A stretch of DNA of 64,000 nucleotides from Calditrichia bacterium (GTDB taxonomy: Bacteria > Calditrichota > Calditrichia > JAJRVZ01), in assembly GCA_963796965.1 (NCBI GenBank), contig CAWCNS010000011.1:160001-224000 (forward strand), read 5' to 3'. Below, piece after piece: positions 11,836 through 23,237 of the stretch. The translations under genes were made by a program, and so were the position numbers. The notes under the pieces are model-generated. The model saw nothing but the letters and a program-made list of their open reading frames with translations, made no database searches and was not told where the DNA came from. The number at the start of each line of letters is the position of its first letter. Position 1 is the first letter of the stretch.

Positions 11836-11856
11836 AAGTTGAAACAAACGACTAAC

Positions 11857-12057
11857 TTAAACTTTAGTTACGTTAGTGGCTTGCAAGCCTTTCGGACCTT
11901 CAGTAACTTCGAATTGGACTTTTTCGCCTTCTTCTAAAGTTCTGAATCCTTCGCCTTCAATGGAACGATAGTGAACAAATACATCTTCACCTTCTTCTCT
12001 GGAAATAAAACCAAAGCCTTTAGAACCGTTGAACCACTTTACAATTCCTGTTTCCAT
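11857..12057 (-). CDS. cspA: Cold-shock protein (66 aa)
   Basis: [38 protein letters not shown] before ATG 12057. Confidence 0.95.
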   Translation of the reverse strand: METGIVKWFNGSKGFGFISREEGEDVFVHYRSIEGEGFRTLEEGEKVQFEVTEGPKGLQATNVTKV

Positions 12058-12369
12058 TAAAAAATACCTCACTAAAATAAATACTGCGTACAACTTAAAT
12101 CTTAGCCGGCCCTCCGGGCATAAAAAAAATCACTCAGAACGGATTACCATTCGTCACGATTTTTAACAATAAAAACGAGTTTTATTAAAACCAAATGTTA
12201 AAAACGGATTGTCGGTAAAGCAGTGTACATTAACTGTGAGTATTATTTTACAAAATTTCATTTCACAAATCAAGTAAAATCGTGCTCTTCAGACATTTTA
12301 TAGAATTTGTACCCTTCAGATACAATTCATCTTAGAGGTAAAAACGCTGTTAAAATTATTCATAGAAAT

Positions 12370-13375
12370 CTAATGATTTGCCGTAAGAAGTTTTTTATAC
12401 GTGCGAAATCCGACCATTCGGGCGTTTTTTTCATCCCATAATCTGAATTTTATCGTCTTCAAACTTTCCCAGATTGTAATTGGTTTAACATTACTAAAAA
12501 CATTTACTTCTTCATGACAGGATTGTAAATAATAATTTGGGATTCGTGCATTTAAATGATGAACGTGGTGATATCCAATATTCCCTGTAAACCATTGTAG
12601 AACAGCCGGTAAACGATAAAATGAACTACCCTTTATAGCCTGCCATATAAAAATCCCAATTTTCATGTTTTTGCCAATAGGAATCCTCGAATTGGTGCTG
12701 CACATAAAACAACCACACACCTGCAGAATTTGATATGAGGATTATAGGCAAAAGGATGAGTGCCAGGTTTCCAAACCCAATCAGATAACCGAATAAAAGT
12801 ATTGTCATTACCAGAAAGAGATTATTTAGATGTACACTCCTCCGCTCTCTTTTTTTTGCCCCTTTTGTTACCATTCGATTGCTGATCAAAAACAAGTAAA
12901 GTGATCCAAAACCGAATAAAACAATGGGATTACGATATAAACGATACCAAAAGCGATTTAATTTGGACATTTCTTTGTATTCTTCAACAGTTACCGTCCA
13001 AACATCGCCCACACCTCTTCTATCCAGATCCGAGCATGTAGCATGATGACGCGCATGATTAAAACGCCAGTCCTGGTAAGGAACAAAAGTGATAATTCCG
13101 GTAATAAAGCCAACGATATTATTGAGCCTGTGTGACTTAAAAAATGATCCATGACCACAATCATGGAAAATGATAAAGATGCGTACCAATAATCCAGCAG
13201 CTGGAACAGCCAATAACAACGTCAACCAATAAGAATAATCCAGACTTTGGTACATTAACACCAATAATAAAAAATAGGGGATTGCCGAGTTAATTATTTG
13301 CCAAATGCTTCTACGTAAATCAGGTTGGTACTTTTTTGATAGTTGGTTGATATCTATCTCTGTAGACTTGCTCAT
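12370..13375 (-). CDS. des: Membrane fatty acid desaturase, Bacillus Des-like (frameshift near 12640)
   Basis: His boxes HDCGH, HARHH, HHVHH; WLFYVQHQFE; the two ORF pieces are complementary. Confidence 0.85.
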
Positions 13376-13439
13376 CTTAAAATTTTCCCCAAGATATAAC
13401 AATTGTCAAAGAATTGATCTAATCGTCTTTTTATATCAC

Positions 13440-13479
13440 GTTAATGTAACGGCACGATTAATCGTGTCGCTACATTAAC
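13440..13479. repeat. 40-bp near-perfect palindrome, GTAG/CTAC REP-like
   Basis: GTTAATGTAACGGCACGAT-TA-ATCGTGTCGCTACATTAAC, 2 mismatches. Confidence 0.7.
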
Positions 13480-13560
13480 TATTAATTTATTCATAAATCA
13501 CGACGTATACAAAAAGTCCTGCTTAACAATGCATCAAAATAAAATGCCATTAAGAAATTC

Positions 13561-15039
13561 TTAAACGGCCTTTACTATATGACGAAAATGAATACCATAA
13601 ATTGCCATGGTAATCGCTAACTGAAATTTCTTTGGATAGCGAATAATACTAAGGATTATAAAACGCCAAAAAAACCTTCTGCCACGTTCCAGAATTCCTA
13701 ATACCCAAAATGACCTCAACAAAGCCTTTATTTGCTGAAAGGTTAACCTAACAGCTGACTTTCCTGGTAACTCATAGGCCTTAAGAAAGGTTTCAATTCT
13801 TTTATAATAATCTTTGTGTGAATAGATCGTATTTAAGATAGTTTTATACCCATTCATCAATTGCTGATAATTCATTTTTGGAATAAAATTTATGGAACCA
13901 TCCATATTATCACCTTTAAAACTTGTTTCCAGGCGGTTTTCAGATTTCAACCGATTAAAAAGACGCGTTCCCGGTTGTGCATTCAACAATCCAACCATAG
14001 CCGTTACGATGCCACTTCTTTGAATGAAATTTATTTGCTGCTCGAAAATGTTTTTGGGATCATTATCAAAACCCACGATAAAACCACCAGAGACCACTAG
14101 CCCGGATTTCTGTAGTTTCTTGACCGATTGTATCATATCTCTGTTTTGATTTTGGGACTTCCCACATTCCTGTAAACTGGATAGATTAGGCGATTCTATA
14201 CCAATAAAAGCACTATCGAATCCTGCTTTAACCATTAAATTGAGCAACTCGTCATCATCGGCCAGATTTATGGAAGTCTCAGTCATAAAATTGAAGGGGT
14301 ACCCCATCTTCTCTGACCAGTTGATTAATGCCGGTAAGAGTTCATTTTTGAGTTCTCTTTTATTGCCAATAAAATTGTCATCGACAACAAAAATTCTCCC
14401 CCGCCAACCAATAGTATATAATGAGGTTAATTCATTGAGAAATTGCGCTGTACTTTTAGTTCTGGGCTTATGACCATTCAATAAGGTGATACTACAAAAC
14501 TCACAATTAAAAGGACAGCCGCGTGAATATTGCATACTCATTGAAGCATATTTGTTTAGATCTAATAAATCCCAGAGCGGTTCAGGGGTATTTTTTATAT
14601 CAGGAAAATCAGGAGAATCATATATTTTTTTTACGCTTCCGGTTTTTAGGTCTTCTAGCCAGAGTGGTAAAGTAATCTCCGCCTCATTTAGAATTAAATG
14701 ATCAATGTTTGTAAAAAGCTCTTTTTCCATAGTGCACATAGGCCCACCGGCTACCACTTTTTTTTGTAATCTATTACAGCGTTTTACAATATTTAAAAAC
14801 GAATCCCGCTGGATATGCATACCGGTGATAAAAACGTAATCAGCCCATAGCAGATCGCTATCGGATAGGGATTCGACATTTGTATCTATTAACTTTTTAT
14901 CCCAATCCTCGGGCAAAAGAGCAGCAACAGTTAAAAGCCCTAAAGGCGGCTCCGATGATTTTTTTTGAATAAATTTCAAAGCATGACGAAAACTCCAAAA
15001 CGTATTTGGGATTTCAGGGTTTACGAGTAATATTTTCAT
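13561..15039 (-). CDS. B12-binding radical SAM protein with DUF4070 C-terminus (HpnP-related family)
   Basis: PPLGLLTVAA, VAGGP, RGCPFNCEFC, VDDNFIG, GFIVGFD. Confidence 0.9.
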   Translation of the reverse strand: MKILLVNPEIPNTFWSFRHALKFIQKKSSEPPLGLLTVAALLPEDWDKKLIDTNVESLSDSDLLWADYVFITGMHIQRDSFLNIVKRCNRLQKKVVAGGPMCTMEKELFTNIDHLILNEAEITLPLWLEDLKTGSVKKIYDSPDFPDIKNTPEPLWDLLDLNKYASMSMQYSRGCPFNCEFCSITLLNGHKPRTKSTAQFLNELTSLYTIGWRGRIFVVDDNFIGNKRELKNELLPALINWSEKMGYPFNFMTETSINLADDDELLNLMVKAGFDSAFIGIESPNLSSLQECGKSQNQNRDMIQSVKKLQKSGLVVSGGFIVGFDNDPKNIFEQQINFIQRSGIVTAMVGLLNAQPGTRLFNRLKSENRLETSFKGDNMDGSINFIPKMNYQQLMNGYKTILNTIYSHKDYYKRIETFLKAYELPGKSAVRLTFQQIKALLRSFWVLGILERGRRFFWRFIILSIIRYPKKFQLAITMAIYGIHFRHIVKAV

Positions 15040-15109
15040 GATTCCATTCCCCTATTTCAGCTTATATTATATGCATGAATAAAGTTATTAATATTCATAA
15101 ACAGACTTT

Positions 15110-15234
15110 TGTAAAATAAATGTAAAATCTTTTCTGGTACTAACAAGGCTTTCACGGATACCTTATATTGACTTTCTGGCAGAGACGCAAGGAATAAAAA
15201 TTTATTAATACAAAAGACAAAATGAATGTAAAAC
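15110..15234. promoter_or_regulatory. Two pairs of 11-bp-spaced TGTAAAA direct repeats (candidate OmpR-family boxes)
   Basis: TGTAAAAT at 15110 and 15121; GACAAAAT at 15216 and TGTAAAAC at 15227; in the divergent region next to an OmpR-type two-component system. Confidence 0.5.
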
Positions 15235-15368
15235 GTTTACAGGAACTACCCATACATTAATCAACTAATCTTTTTTATTTTTTCTTTTGTAATTTTGTAT
15301 TGATTTCTCTGCGTCTTTGCGCCTCTGCGAGAGAAAAACAACCCTACATCTGTTAAGTAAATATCAAA

Positions 15369-16391
15369 ATGAAGAAACAAAACTCCATCATTTACCATGT
15401 TATTGTATTCGTAGTGGCTCAGTTAGCCTGGTTTTCCCTACTCTCACTATGGATCTATTGGTATGTTTCAAATTATATTTTACTGACAGAGTTGGGTGAC
15501 AATATTTCAGCCCAGATAAATCTCGAGAACACACATATAGGCACCTTGATTGGGGGTATTATATTACTGGTGGCTATCTCTGTTGGGATGTCACTGATCT
15601 TTATTTATTTAACCCGGCAGATTAATCTCACCCGACTGTATGACAATTTTATTGCCAATGTCACCCACGAATTAAAATCACCTTTATCATCGATTCAACT
15701 TTATCTTGAGACAATGAAAAAGCGCAAAGTACCCGCTGATAAACAAAATGAATTTATATCTACCATGCTGAAGGATACGAAACGTCTTAACAATCTGATA
15801 ACATCAATTCTTGATGTTTCGGGACTGGAACAAAAAAAACTGGCCTACCATTTCGAAGTATATAATGCAGATGATATTTTTAAAATTCTTATAGAGGAAT
15901 CCACAGAGGCTTTTAGAATATCTGATAGTTCTATTACTATAGAGGGTAAATCACGAGTAGAGATAGTTCTTGATGAGCGGGCCTTTAAGATTGTAATGAA
16001 TAACCTATTTGATAACGCTATAAAATACTCCCGCGAACCAGTCCAGATTGATATCCGTATATCAAAAAATGATCGCTATTTTGTATTCGAATTCGGTGAT
16101 AAGGGGATTGGTGTAAGTGCTAACGATCAGAAATTGATTTTCAACAAATTTCAACGGATCTATAAGTCTGACAGTCCGAATGTTAAGGGAACGGGTCTGG
16201 GATTATACTGGGTAAGGGAGATCATTAAGTCACATGGGGGGAAAATATCCATGAGTAGTGCGGGCCAAGATCGCGGTTCCACCTTTCGGATTGAATTGCC
16301 CATTTATCAAACTGCAAAGAAACGATTAACCAATCGTTTATTGAGGCTTACCAGAACAAGAACAAGAGAAGAGTATATGTCTGATGAATAA
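15369..16391 (+). CDS. Sensor histidine kinase (2 TM, HisKA, HATPase)
   Basis: THELKSPL, NNLFDNAIKY, DKGIG, GTGLGL. Confidence 0.95.
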   Translation: MKKQNSIIYHVIVFVVAQLAWFSLLSLWIYWYVSNYILLTELGDNISAQINLENTHIGTLIGGIILLVAISVGMSLIFIYLTRQINLTRLYDNFIANVTHELKSPLSSIQLYLETMKKRKVPADKQNEFISTMLKDTKRLNNLITSILDVSGLEQKKLAYHFEVYNADDIFKILIEESTEAFRISDSSITIEGKSRVEIVLDERAFKIVMNNLFDNAIKYSREPVQIDIRISKNDRYFVFEFGDKGIGVSANDQKLIFNKFQRIYKSDSPNVKGTGLGLYWVREIIKSHGGKISMSSAGQDRGSTFRIELPIYQTAKKRLTNRLLRLTRTRTREEYMSDE

Positions 16392-17103
16392 GCAAACACT
16401 TGAAGGAAGCAAAATTCTGCTTGTCGAGGATGAGGAATCATTGGCACTTGGATTGAGATATAACCTAAGTGAGGAAGGGTATGACGTTTTGTGGGTTATT
16501 GACGGAAAGAAAGCGATCGAGGCCGTGAACAAGTCAACATTTGATTTGGTCATTCTGGATGTAATGCTTCCCTATCTTAACGGATTTGAAGTAGCCGAGC
16601 AAATTCGTTCAAAAATGCCGCAAATGCCAATCCTGATGCTGACGGCCAGAACTAGAATTGAAGATAAAATAAAGGGGCTTGCATTAGGCGTGGACGACTA
16701 TATGACAAAACCTTTTAATCTGGAAGAACTCCTTCTTCGTTTAAAAGGAATGTTAAAACGCAAACACTGGTATCAAAATGCATCTGATTCTGAGCCAATA
16801 TTTAAGTTCGCCGACTTTGAAATTAATTTTGAAGATCTCACCTGCCAAACCAGTTCTCATAAATTACAACTAACACATCGTGAAGCGATGGTATTAAAAT
16901 ATCTCATCGACAATAAAGGTAAAGTTATATCCCGGGAAGAGTTATTAGAAAATGTTTGGGGTATTTCATCTTCTGTTGAGACAAGAACTGTTGACAATTT
17001 TATTTCACGTCTCCGTAAATATTTCGAAACCGACCCTGCGAATCCAATCTATATAAAGAGCATTCGCAGCGCAGGTTATATCTTTAATGATCAATCATCT
17101 TAA
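16384..17103 (+). CDS. OmpR-family response regulator
   Basis: LLVEDE, ILDVMLP, DDYMTKPF, winged helix TRTVDNFISRLR. Confidence 0.95.
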   Translation: MNKQTLEGSKILLVEDEESLALGLRYNLSEEGYDVLWVIDGKKAIEAVNKSTFDLVILDVMLPYLNGFEVAEQIRSKMPQMPILMLTARTRIEDKIKGLALGVDDYMTKPFNLEELLLRLKGMLKRKHWYQNASDSEPIFKFADFEINFEDLTCQTSSHKLQLTHREAMVLKYLIDNKGKVISREELLENVWGISSSVETRTVDNFISRLRKYFETDPANPIYIKSIRSAGYIFNDQSS

Positions 17104-18641
17104 TTCCGTTTATTTCAATACCTTTGTAATTCCTGGCATAATAACAATAGATCGTTCTTGCTTTTTGATTGGTACTAAACATAAAATCTTCTTCCAATAT
17201 TAGGGTAATCTCATCAAAATATTCCCCTACTTTATCCAGATCCGGTTTGTACTCTCTTCTATCGGTGAATACAAAGAGAGCATCCTGTCCTTTGAGTGCG
17301 GCAGGCATTCCCCAGACATCGAACTGTAAAGCTGGCTGCCCGTATATATTTTGTGCATACACTTCTTGCTCATCAGAAAGGTAAAATTTTAATAGAGAGG
17401 CTGTCTTATAAGAATTTGCAAAAACAAATACGTTATCTCTGCCCCCCTTTTCATGCTGAATATTTAAGATTTGAACCGCTGTCTCTTTCCATCCACTCCA
17501 GGTATTACCGTCTCCTAACGGAATATTGGGGATCAATAATATGGAATACGCTATTACTATCAGAATAATTGAAACTGCAATGCCCGACTTTATCCATTTG
17601 GATTTTAGTAGATCCTCACGGTAGAAGAGGATCGTAGCAGCTAAGACCAATCCCAGATATCCAGGTAAAAGCCAGTTCATCTTTATCAATGTCTTTAGAC
17701 TTAGGACGGTAAATCCACCAATTATGAAAACACCTGTTATAAAAAAGAACCTTGAATTGGTATTCTGGCGCCAGTTTTGAAGTATTCTTTTCGTGCTTTT
17801 AAAAAAGAAAACCAGCGGAAGTGGTGTCAGGAGAAAAAGTTGACTGGCAATTAACTGAAACACATATTTCGTCTGAATAGGCTTAAGTTCTTCTGAACGA
17901 TCTGCAAACTGGAACTTTAAAGAACCCCAGTCGTGGTTCAAGTTCCAAACCAGAACCGGAGTAAAAACGAGTAAGGCAAAGAATAATGCTAAATAGGGGT
18001 CTCGTTTATAGAGGACTCTTCGCAATGATGGATTCAGCAAAAAAACCACAAAGATACGCTGGTACTATTGCTATGGCTGTGTACTTGCTTATCAATCCAA
18101 ATCCCAGGGCAAATCCTGCCAGATACAAATCAAATGGTTTTGTGTTATGTATATATCGCTGTACAAAAAAGATGACAAGAAGCCAGAAAAAGATCAGGGA
18201 TGTATCTTGAACCATGGTTACCGCATATAAATGCGCAAATATCGTCAGATTATAGAATATGACAGCAGCGAATGCAATTTTGTCTCTCCTCCCAGCCTCA
18301 GTGGTTTCTAAAGTATTTTGGATAGTCAGATAAAGAAAAATATTGGTTAAAGCAGACCATATAACTGCCATAAATTTTATCCCGAAGATGGTATCGCCAA
18401 AGAGATGGGTGCCAATCCAGATGGAATATGCCACCATTGGCGGATGATCAAAGTAGGAAAGATCTGGCTTCAGTGAATAATACCAATAGTAAGCCTCTTG
18501 GGGTACAAGCGGGATGATACTAATATAAATAAACCGTAGGCATGTTAATACAGTTACAAAAAGTATCAAATTCTTGTGATCTTCATATAATTTTTTTATT
18601 GACTCGATTATTTCACCTCGCTGTATTTTTTCGTAAAACAC
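17084..18641 (-). CDS. ArnT/PMT-like glycosyltransferase family 39 (frameshift near 18057)
   Basis: PQEAYYW, SYFDHPPMVA, GLISKYT, PVLVWN; multiple TM segments. Confidence 0.85.
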
Positions 18642-18843
18642 TAAATTTTAGATGTTGAAAAATAACGACTGATCATATTTTATTCAATTATCTTGTAGTA
18701 CTTTTATAAATTTATCAGATAACGTAAGGGAATAATTCTATTTACTGAAGTTGCTTATTTTCTTAAATTACATTTATTTAAATTATAATCTATGCCAAAG
18801 TTTTTTAAACATCTCTATTAAATAAGATTATACGGAACCCGTT

Positions 18844-19872
18844 TTGGATCTTATCAACTTACAAAAACGTACGACAATTAAACTGATCAAGAAGCTATTT
18901 GGCAAAATTAAGACTTCTTCCACTTTTGAAGGTATTCCGAAATCAATTGCCCTCATGGCTCAGGAGCGATTTGGCGATGTTATTATGATGTCACCATTAA
19001 TCAGAATGTTAAAGAAGAAGTATCCTCAAATAGAAATTTACATTATTTGCGTAAATAAAATTGCAGAATACTTAAAATATGACCCGAACATTAAGATGGT
19101 CCTGAACGCTAAGCACCCGACGAAGGATGAAAATAAATTCTTAAAATCACATACATTTGATATCCTGTTTAACACGAAAGATCATCCATCAGTTACCTTT
19201 TTATATTTAAGCAAAACGATTAACGCAAATCATTGTGTTGGAATTTCGCATCCAGAGCACCTCGGTTTTTTCCATCATACATTTTATATTCCTGAAAAAC
19301 CACAGAAAACAGTCAGCACATATTTCACCTTGTTGGATTATCTAAAAATTCCATATTCTGAAGAGGATCAAAGACCTTATCTACCATCGGGACCGGTTTC
19401 AGAAGATATTCGAAATTTTCCTAGTAAAATCGAGGGCACAGGATACACTGCCATTAATTTGAGTGCTTCGCAAGCATATAAGGAATGGCCCATAGAAAAA
19501 TGGATAGATTTTTTACAAGAGATAAAACAGCCCACTTATGTAATCGCCATGCCCAAACACCAACAGGATAAACAAGTTTTAGAAACAACAATTGATCACG
19601 TTATTCCCTCCCCTTCAACCAAGACTATTTTCGATGCTGGGCATTTAATTGAACATAGCAAGATTTTAGTTTCCCCGGATACGGCTCTTGTGCATATTGC
19701 ATCATGTTTTAATACACCTGTTCTTGCCCTCTACCGCCAGCCGCTGGACCTGCAGAATTTCCCCCCAATGTCCCTTAATCATGAATTTTTGATGGCACCT
19801 GAGCAGGAAATTTCTGAGATACCTACATCTGAAGTCATTGAAGCATTTTTTCTATTGAATGAGAGGATTTGA
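18844..19872 (+). CDS. Glycosyltransferase family 9 (heptosyltransferase-like)
   Basis: FGDVIM, KEWP, VSPDTALVHIAS. Confidence 0.88.
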   Translation: MDLINLQKRTTIKLIKKLFGKIKTSSTFEGIPKSIALMAQERFGDVIMMSPLIRMLKKKYPQIEIYIICVNKIAEYLKYDPNIKMVLNAKHPTKDENKFLKSHTFDILFNTKDHPSVTFLYLSKTINANHCVGISHPEHLGFFHHTFYIPEKPQKTVSTYFTLLDYLKIPYSEEDQRPYLPSGPVSEDIRNFPSKIEGTGYTAINLSASQAYKEWPIEKWIDFLQEIKQPTYVIAMPKHQQDKQVLETTIDHVIPSPSTKTIFDAGHLIEHSKILVSPDTALVHIASCFNTPVLALYRQPLDLQNFPPMSLNHEFLMAPEQEISEIPTSEVIEAFFLLNERI

Positions 19873-20243
19873 TTCCTGTGCCGGGATATTTTTATTTTAA
19901 TTTCAATGAAATGGATACCTGTTCCTTCAGGAACTAGTATGGTTATTGGTTGCTCCACAGCACTTAGAGTGACATAATCTTTATCATCAACTTTTAATAA
20001 AAACCGATTATTAGTTTTTTTTGAAAACCAATCGGATACTTCAAACATCCATGTCGATTCACGTGTTTTGAAATATTGACAATAGTGATCATCATAGATT
20101 AATTCAATCATGATGCTCTTATCATCACTTGCAGAAGTGCCATGGTTATCGGCATGAAGATATCCAATAAATTCATGAATATCTATAAAGCGTCCTTGAG
20201 GATATTTTTCAAAAATAGTAGTAAACTTATGCCGCGAATGCAT
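19779..20243 (-). CDS. Hypothetical protein (possibly a fragment)
   Basis: Open frame filling the intergenic gap; overlaps the GT9 3' end; no motif recognised. Confidence 0.35.
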   Translation of the reverse strand: MHSRHKFTTIFEKYPQGRFIDIHEFIGYLHADNHGTSASDDKSIMIELIYDDHYCQYFKTRESTWMFEVSDWFSKKTNNRFLLKVDDKDYVTLSAVEQPITILVPEGTGIHFIEIKIKISRHRNQILSFNRKNASMTSDVGISEISCSGAIKNS

Positions 20244-20335
20244 TTTCCTATAGAGAAAATTGATTTGTTCTTAGTAGACTCTGACATAATTTCCTCAATA
20301 ATTTATTGCATGTGTCCCAGAATTCGCCAATAACA

Positions 20336-21877
20336 TCATTCCTTAAACCGCTCTGGATTTATATTGTATTTTTCAATCTTGTAACTTATAATTCTGTTGG
20401 TAGTATTAAGGAGCCTAGCTGCCTTTGATTTGTTGCCATTGGTTGATTTAAGTGCATCCTGGATCAATTCTTTTTCATAAGACTCAACAGCTTGATCCAG
20501 CGACTGATTTTGCCGGGTATCAGAACTTTCTGCTGTCTGCAAAGTCGGTGGTAAATGATAACTGTGAATAACCTGTTCGTTACATACCAGGGTCGCTCGT
20601 TCTAAACAATTTTCGAGTTCACGCACATTTCCTGGCCAATGGTAACGCATCAGCATATCAATTGCTGGTGTAGAAATTCGTTTGATTATCTTTCCGTGCT
20701 TTCGTCCATATTTGAGCATAAAATGATCTGCCAGTAGCAAGATATCCGTTTTACGTTCGCGAAGTGGTGGCAAGAATATTGAGAAGACATTTAACCTATA
20801 ATACAGATCTTCCCGAAATTTGCCAGCCGATATCAATTGCTCAAGATTAGCATTGGTTGCAGCAATTAAACGTACATCAACATTGATTGTCTCAGTGCCA
20901 CCGACCCTTTCAAACTGTCTTTCCTGTAGAACACGCAGGAGTTTCACCTGTGTTGATGGACTTAAGTCGGCAATCTCATCTAAAAATATAGTCCCGCCAT
21001 CTGCCAATTCAAAGCGCCCCTTTTTTTGACTGAGCGCTCCGGTAAACGCCCCCTTTTCATGTCCAAAAAACTCTGTCTCGATCAAATTATCGGGAATCGC
21101 AGCACAATTGACACGGATAAAACTATTCTTCATCCTGTCAGAATTATAATGGATCGCCTCCGCGATCAATTCTTTACCCGTCCCGGACTCACCGCGAATG
21201 AGCACAGTAGTTTCACTGGCCGAAACTTGCGAAACCGATTCATAGACTTCCCTCATTTCATGGCTATTACCAATAATATTACTGAACTTGTACTCATCCT
21301 GCAGTTTTTTCTTCAGATTTTCGTTTTCATTTTCAAGTTTGGTCTTTTCCTTTTGCATTTCCTGAAAAAGGCGAATCGGCTGCAACAAGGCAGAAGCGAC
21401 TAATGATAGAAACTTCTGAGCACTATCAAATTCTCGTTTAGGATTATAGGAGAGTGTAACAACCAACACACCCAATGTTATATAATCAAGCAGTATGGGG
21501 ACCCCTATAAAGGTTTGTTCTCTATCCTTTTTCGGATTCCATGTACTCATTCTGTTTAAAAACAAGGGTTCTTTACTTACCTGTGGTACAATGACGGGCT
21601 TCCCACTTTCAGCAACCCTGCCCGTGAGTCCTTCTCCTAATTTATAAATCTGTTTTGCCGTTTCTGTATCATAACCCACAGAAGCTACCAAAGATAAAGA
21701 TGACGTATCCTGATTTAAGATAAAGACACCCCCCGACTTAAGATGATAAAAATCAGCCAATATCTTTAATGCGGCACGAAGGGAAATCTTCAAATCTAGA
21801 TCACGACTTACTGCTTTATTAATATCAATTAAAACAGATAAATTTCGCGCAAGAGCACCGCTTGGATTATTTACCAT
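20336..21877 (-). CDS. NifA-like sigma54-dependent activator (GAF-AAA+-Fis HTH)
   Basis: GAF ([12 protein letters not shown]), [29 protein letters not shown]; start moved to ATG 21877 with SD GGAAGGTG. Confidence 0.92.
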   Translation of the reverse strand: MVNNPSGALARNLSVLIDINKAVSRDLDLKISLRAALKILADFYHLKSGGVFILNQDTSSLSLVASVGYDTETAKQIYKLGEGLTGRVAESGKPVIVPQVSKEPLFLNRMSTWNPKKDREQTFIGVPILLDYITLGVLVVTLSYNPKREFDSAQKFLSLVASALLQPIRLFQEMQKEKTKLENENENLKKKLQDEYKFSNIIGNSHEMREVYESVSQVSASETTVLIRGESGTGKELIAEAIHYNSDRMKNSFIRVNCAAIPDNLIETEFFGHEKGAFTGALSQKKGRFELADGGTIFLDEIADLSPSTQVKLLRVLQERQFERVGGTETINVDVRLIAATNANLEQLISAGKFREDLYYRLNVFSIFLPPLRERKTDILLLADHFMLKYGRKHGKIIKRISTPAIDMLMRYHWPGNVRELENCLERATLVCNEQVIHSYHLPPTLQTAESSDTRQNQSLDQAVESYEKELIQDALKSTNGNKSKAARLLNTTNRIISYKIEKYNINPERFKE

Positions 21878-21920
21878 TTTTTCACCTTCCGACATTTTTG
21901 TTTCTACATATACGTATACA

Positions 21921-22121
21921 TACATTATTGTAGGATCTTTGGCGCCAACAGACTTCAGGCCTATCCGAAGCATCATTCTTACCAAACAAATAAAGGGAAA
22001 AAATAAATGGTCTCTGGTATAATCTTCCCATACCCATACAATCATCATCACGACTCTATTCTAAAATGTCAAATATTTTATACATTATTGTATGGTATTT
22101 TTCCCACTATACATAATTGTA
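21921..22121. promoter_or_regulatory. Three TACA-N4-TGTA palindromes (21921, 22081, 22110), candidate enhancer sites
   Basis: TACATTATTGTA twice and TACATAATTGTA once in the divergent region. Confidence 0.6.
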
Positions 22122-22200
22122 TATTTCAAACATAAGCATTCGTGAGCCGGCATCGGCCTTATGTGTTTTGATAACAATAACTTACGAAATATTATAATAC

Positions 22201-22217
22201 TTGGCACATATTTTGAT
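22201..22217 (+). promoter_or_regulatory. Sigma54 -24/-12 promoter
   Basis: TTGGCAC-ATATT-TTGAT (consensus TGGCAC-N5-TTGC, one mismatch), about 60 nt before the porin ATG; IHF-like TAACAATAACTTA just upstream. Confidence 0.7.
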
Positions 22218-22275
22218 GATCAACCTTTACAAATACGCGTTCTGCAGACGATAATGATATACCAACGGAGGAATT

Positions 22276-22978
22276 ATGTTTACATCAATGAAGATATATT
22301 CAGCAGTAATTGTCATCTTACTTCTTGCAGCTTTGACATTACCACTGCAAGCGGCGGTCGAATTTGCAGGCAATCTTACCGGCGTCTCAACTTATGTCTG
22401 GCGGGGGATAAAAGCCAATAATGGACCTGCCTTACAGAGTGATGCAGCCTTCACCTATGGCATCATAACGCTTGGCTTTTGGGGTTCCAGTATCGACTTC
22501 GGCGATGACCTGGAACTTGAAACGGATCCATATGGTAGTGTTGTTTTAACAGATGGAGATTTTTCCAGTTCACTCGGATTTACGGTTTACATGTTTGACT
22601 TTCATACCTTTAACCAATTTGCCGATGCCGAGCTGGAATTAAGTGCTTTATTTGGCTATGGGCCAATCGGATTAAATATCTTCTATGTTCCAAAACAAAA
22701 CAGCACAAAGGAAGATCTAAACAGATCACTCTATTGGCTGAGAGCTATCTGGCGGTGGTACATGGATGGGTGCTGACCTCTCAGCTGCCATCACCTATGG
22801 CACTTATTCCAGCCGCTGGATGGCGGAGGGGCCGACAAAAGATCCTGTCGGATTGCTTCTGCTTACAGCCGGGAAACCCATCAATGAAGAATTTTCTGTT
22901 TTTTGGACCTATTCACTCGATGTTTTTGGCTCAGGCTTTGAGAATATATTTTATTTGGGCGGATCTTATTCGTTCTAA
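22276..22978 (+). CDS. TorF/gcw_chp (TIGR02001)-like outer-membrane porin (frameshift near 22741)
   Basis: Signal peptide, STYVWRG, PALQ, GFWGS, terminal YSF beta-signal. Confidence 0.75.
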
Positions 22979-23053
22979 ATGTGTTAAAATAGTAAATTTT
23001 GATGGAGGTAATAATTAATAGTTAAATAAAGTGAAAAGAAGTTCCCTTCATTG

Positions 23054-23120
23054 AAATCCCCATTTATTTCGACTGGCAGGCCCCAGGCCTGCCAGTTCGT
23101 TGGGGTTTTTCTTTTTTCTT
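23054..23120 (+). terminator. Intrinsic terminator after the porin
   Basis: 11-bp stem ACTGGCAGGCC/GGCCTGCCAGT (23072-23096) inside CCCCA/TGGGG, followed by a U-rich tract. Confidence 0.75.
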
Positions 23121-23237
23121 TCAACCCTCACCTACTCTTTATCCAAATCTAATCTCTGTTCACTATCCTTTATTCTATTTAATATGTATTCGTTGGAATA
23201 TTTTTTGTTGATGATAGGTTAAATTCTTCGTTAATTA

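Noticed and set aside
13561..15039. Assignment as hpnP
   Set aside because: The family is broad and no hopanoid genes are in the window
20336..21877. nifA and nitrogen fixation
   Set aside because: Only the domain architecture matches; no nif genes here and the candidate enhancers are not TGT-N10-ACA
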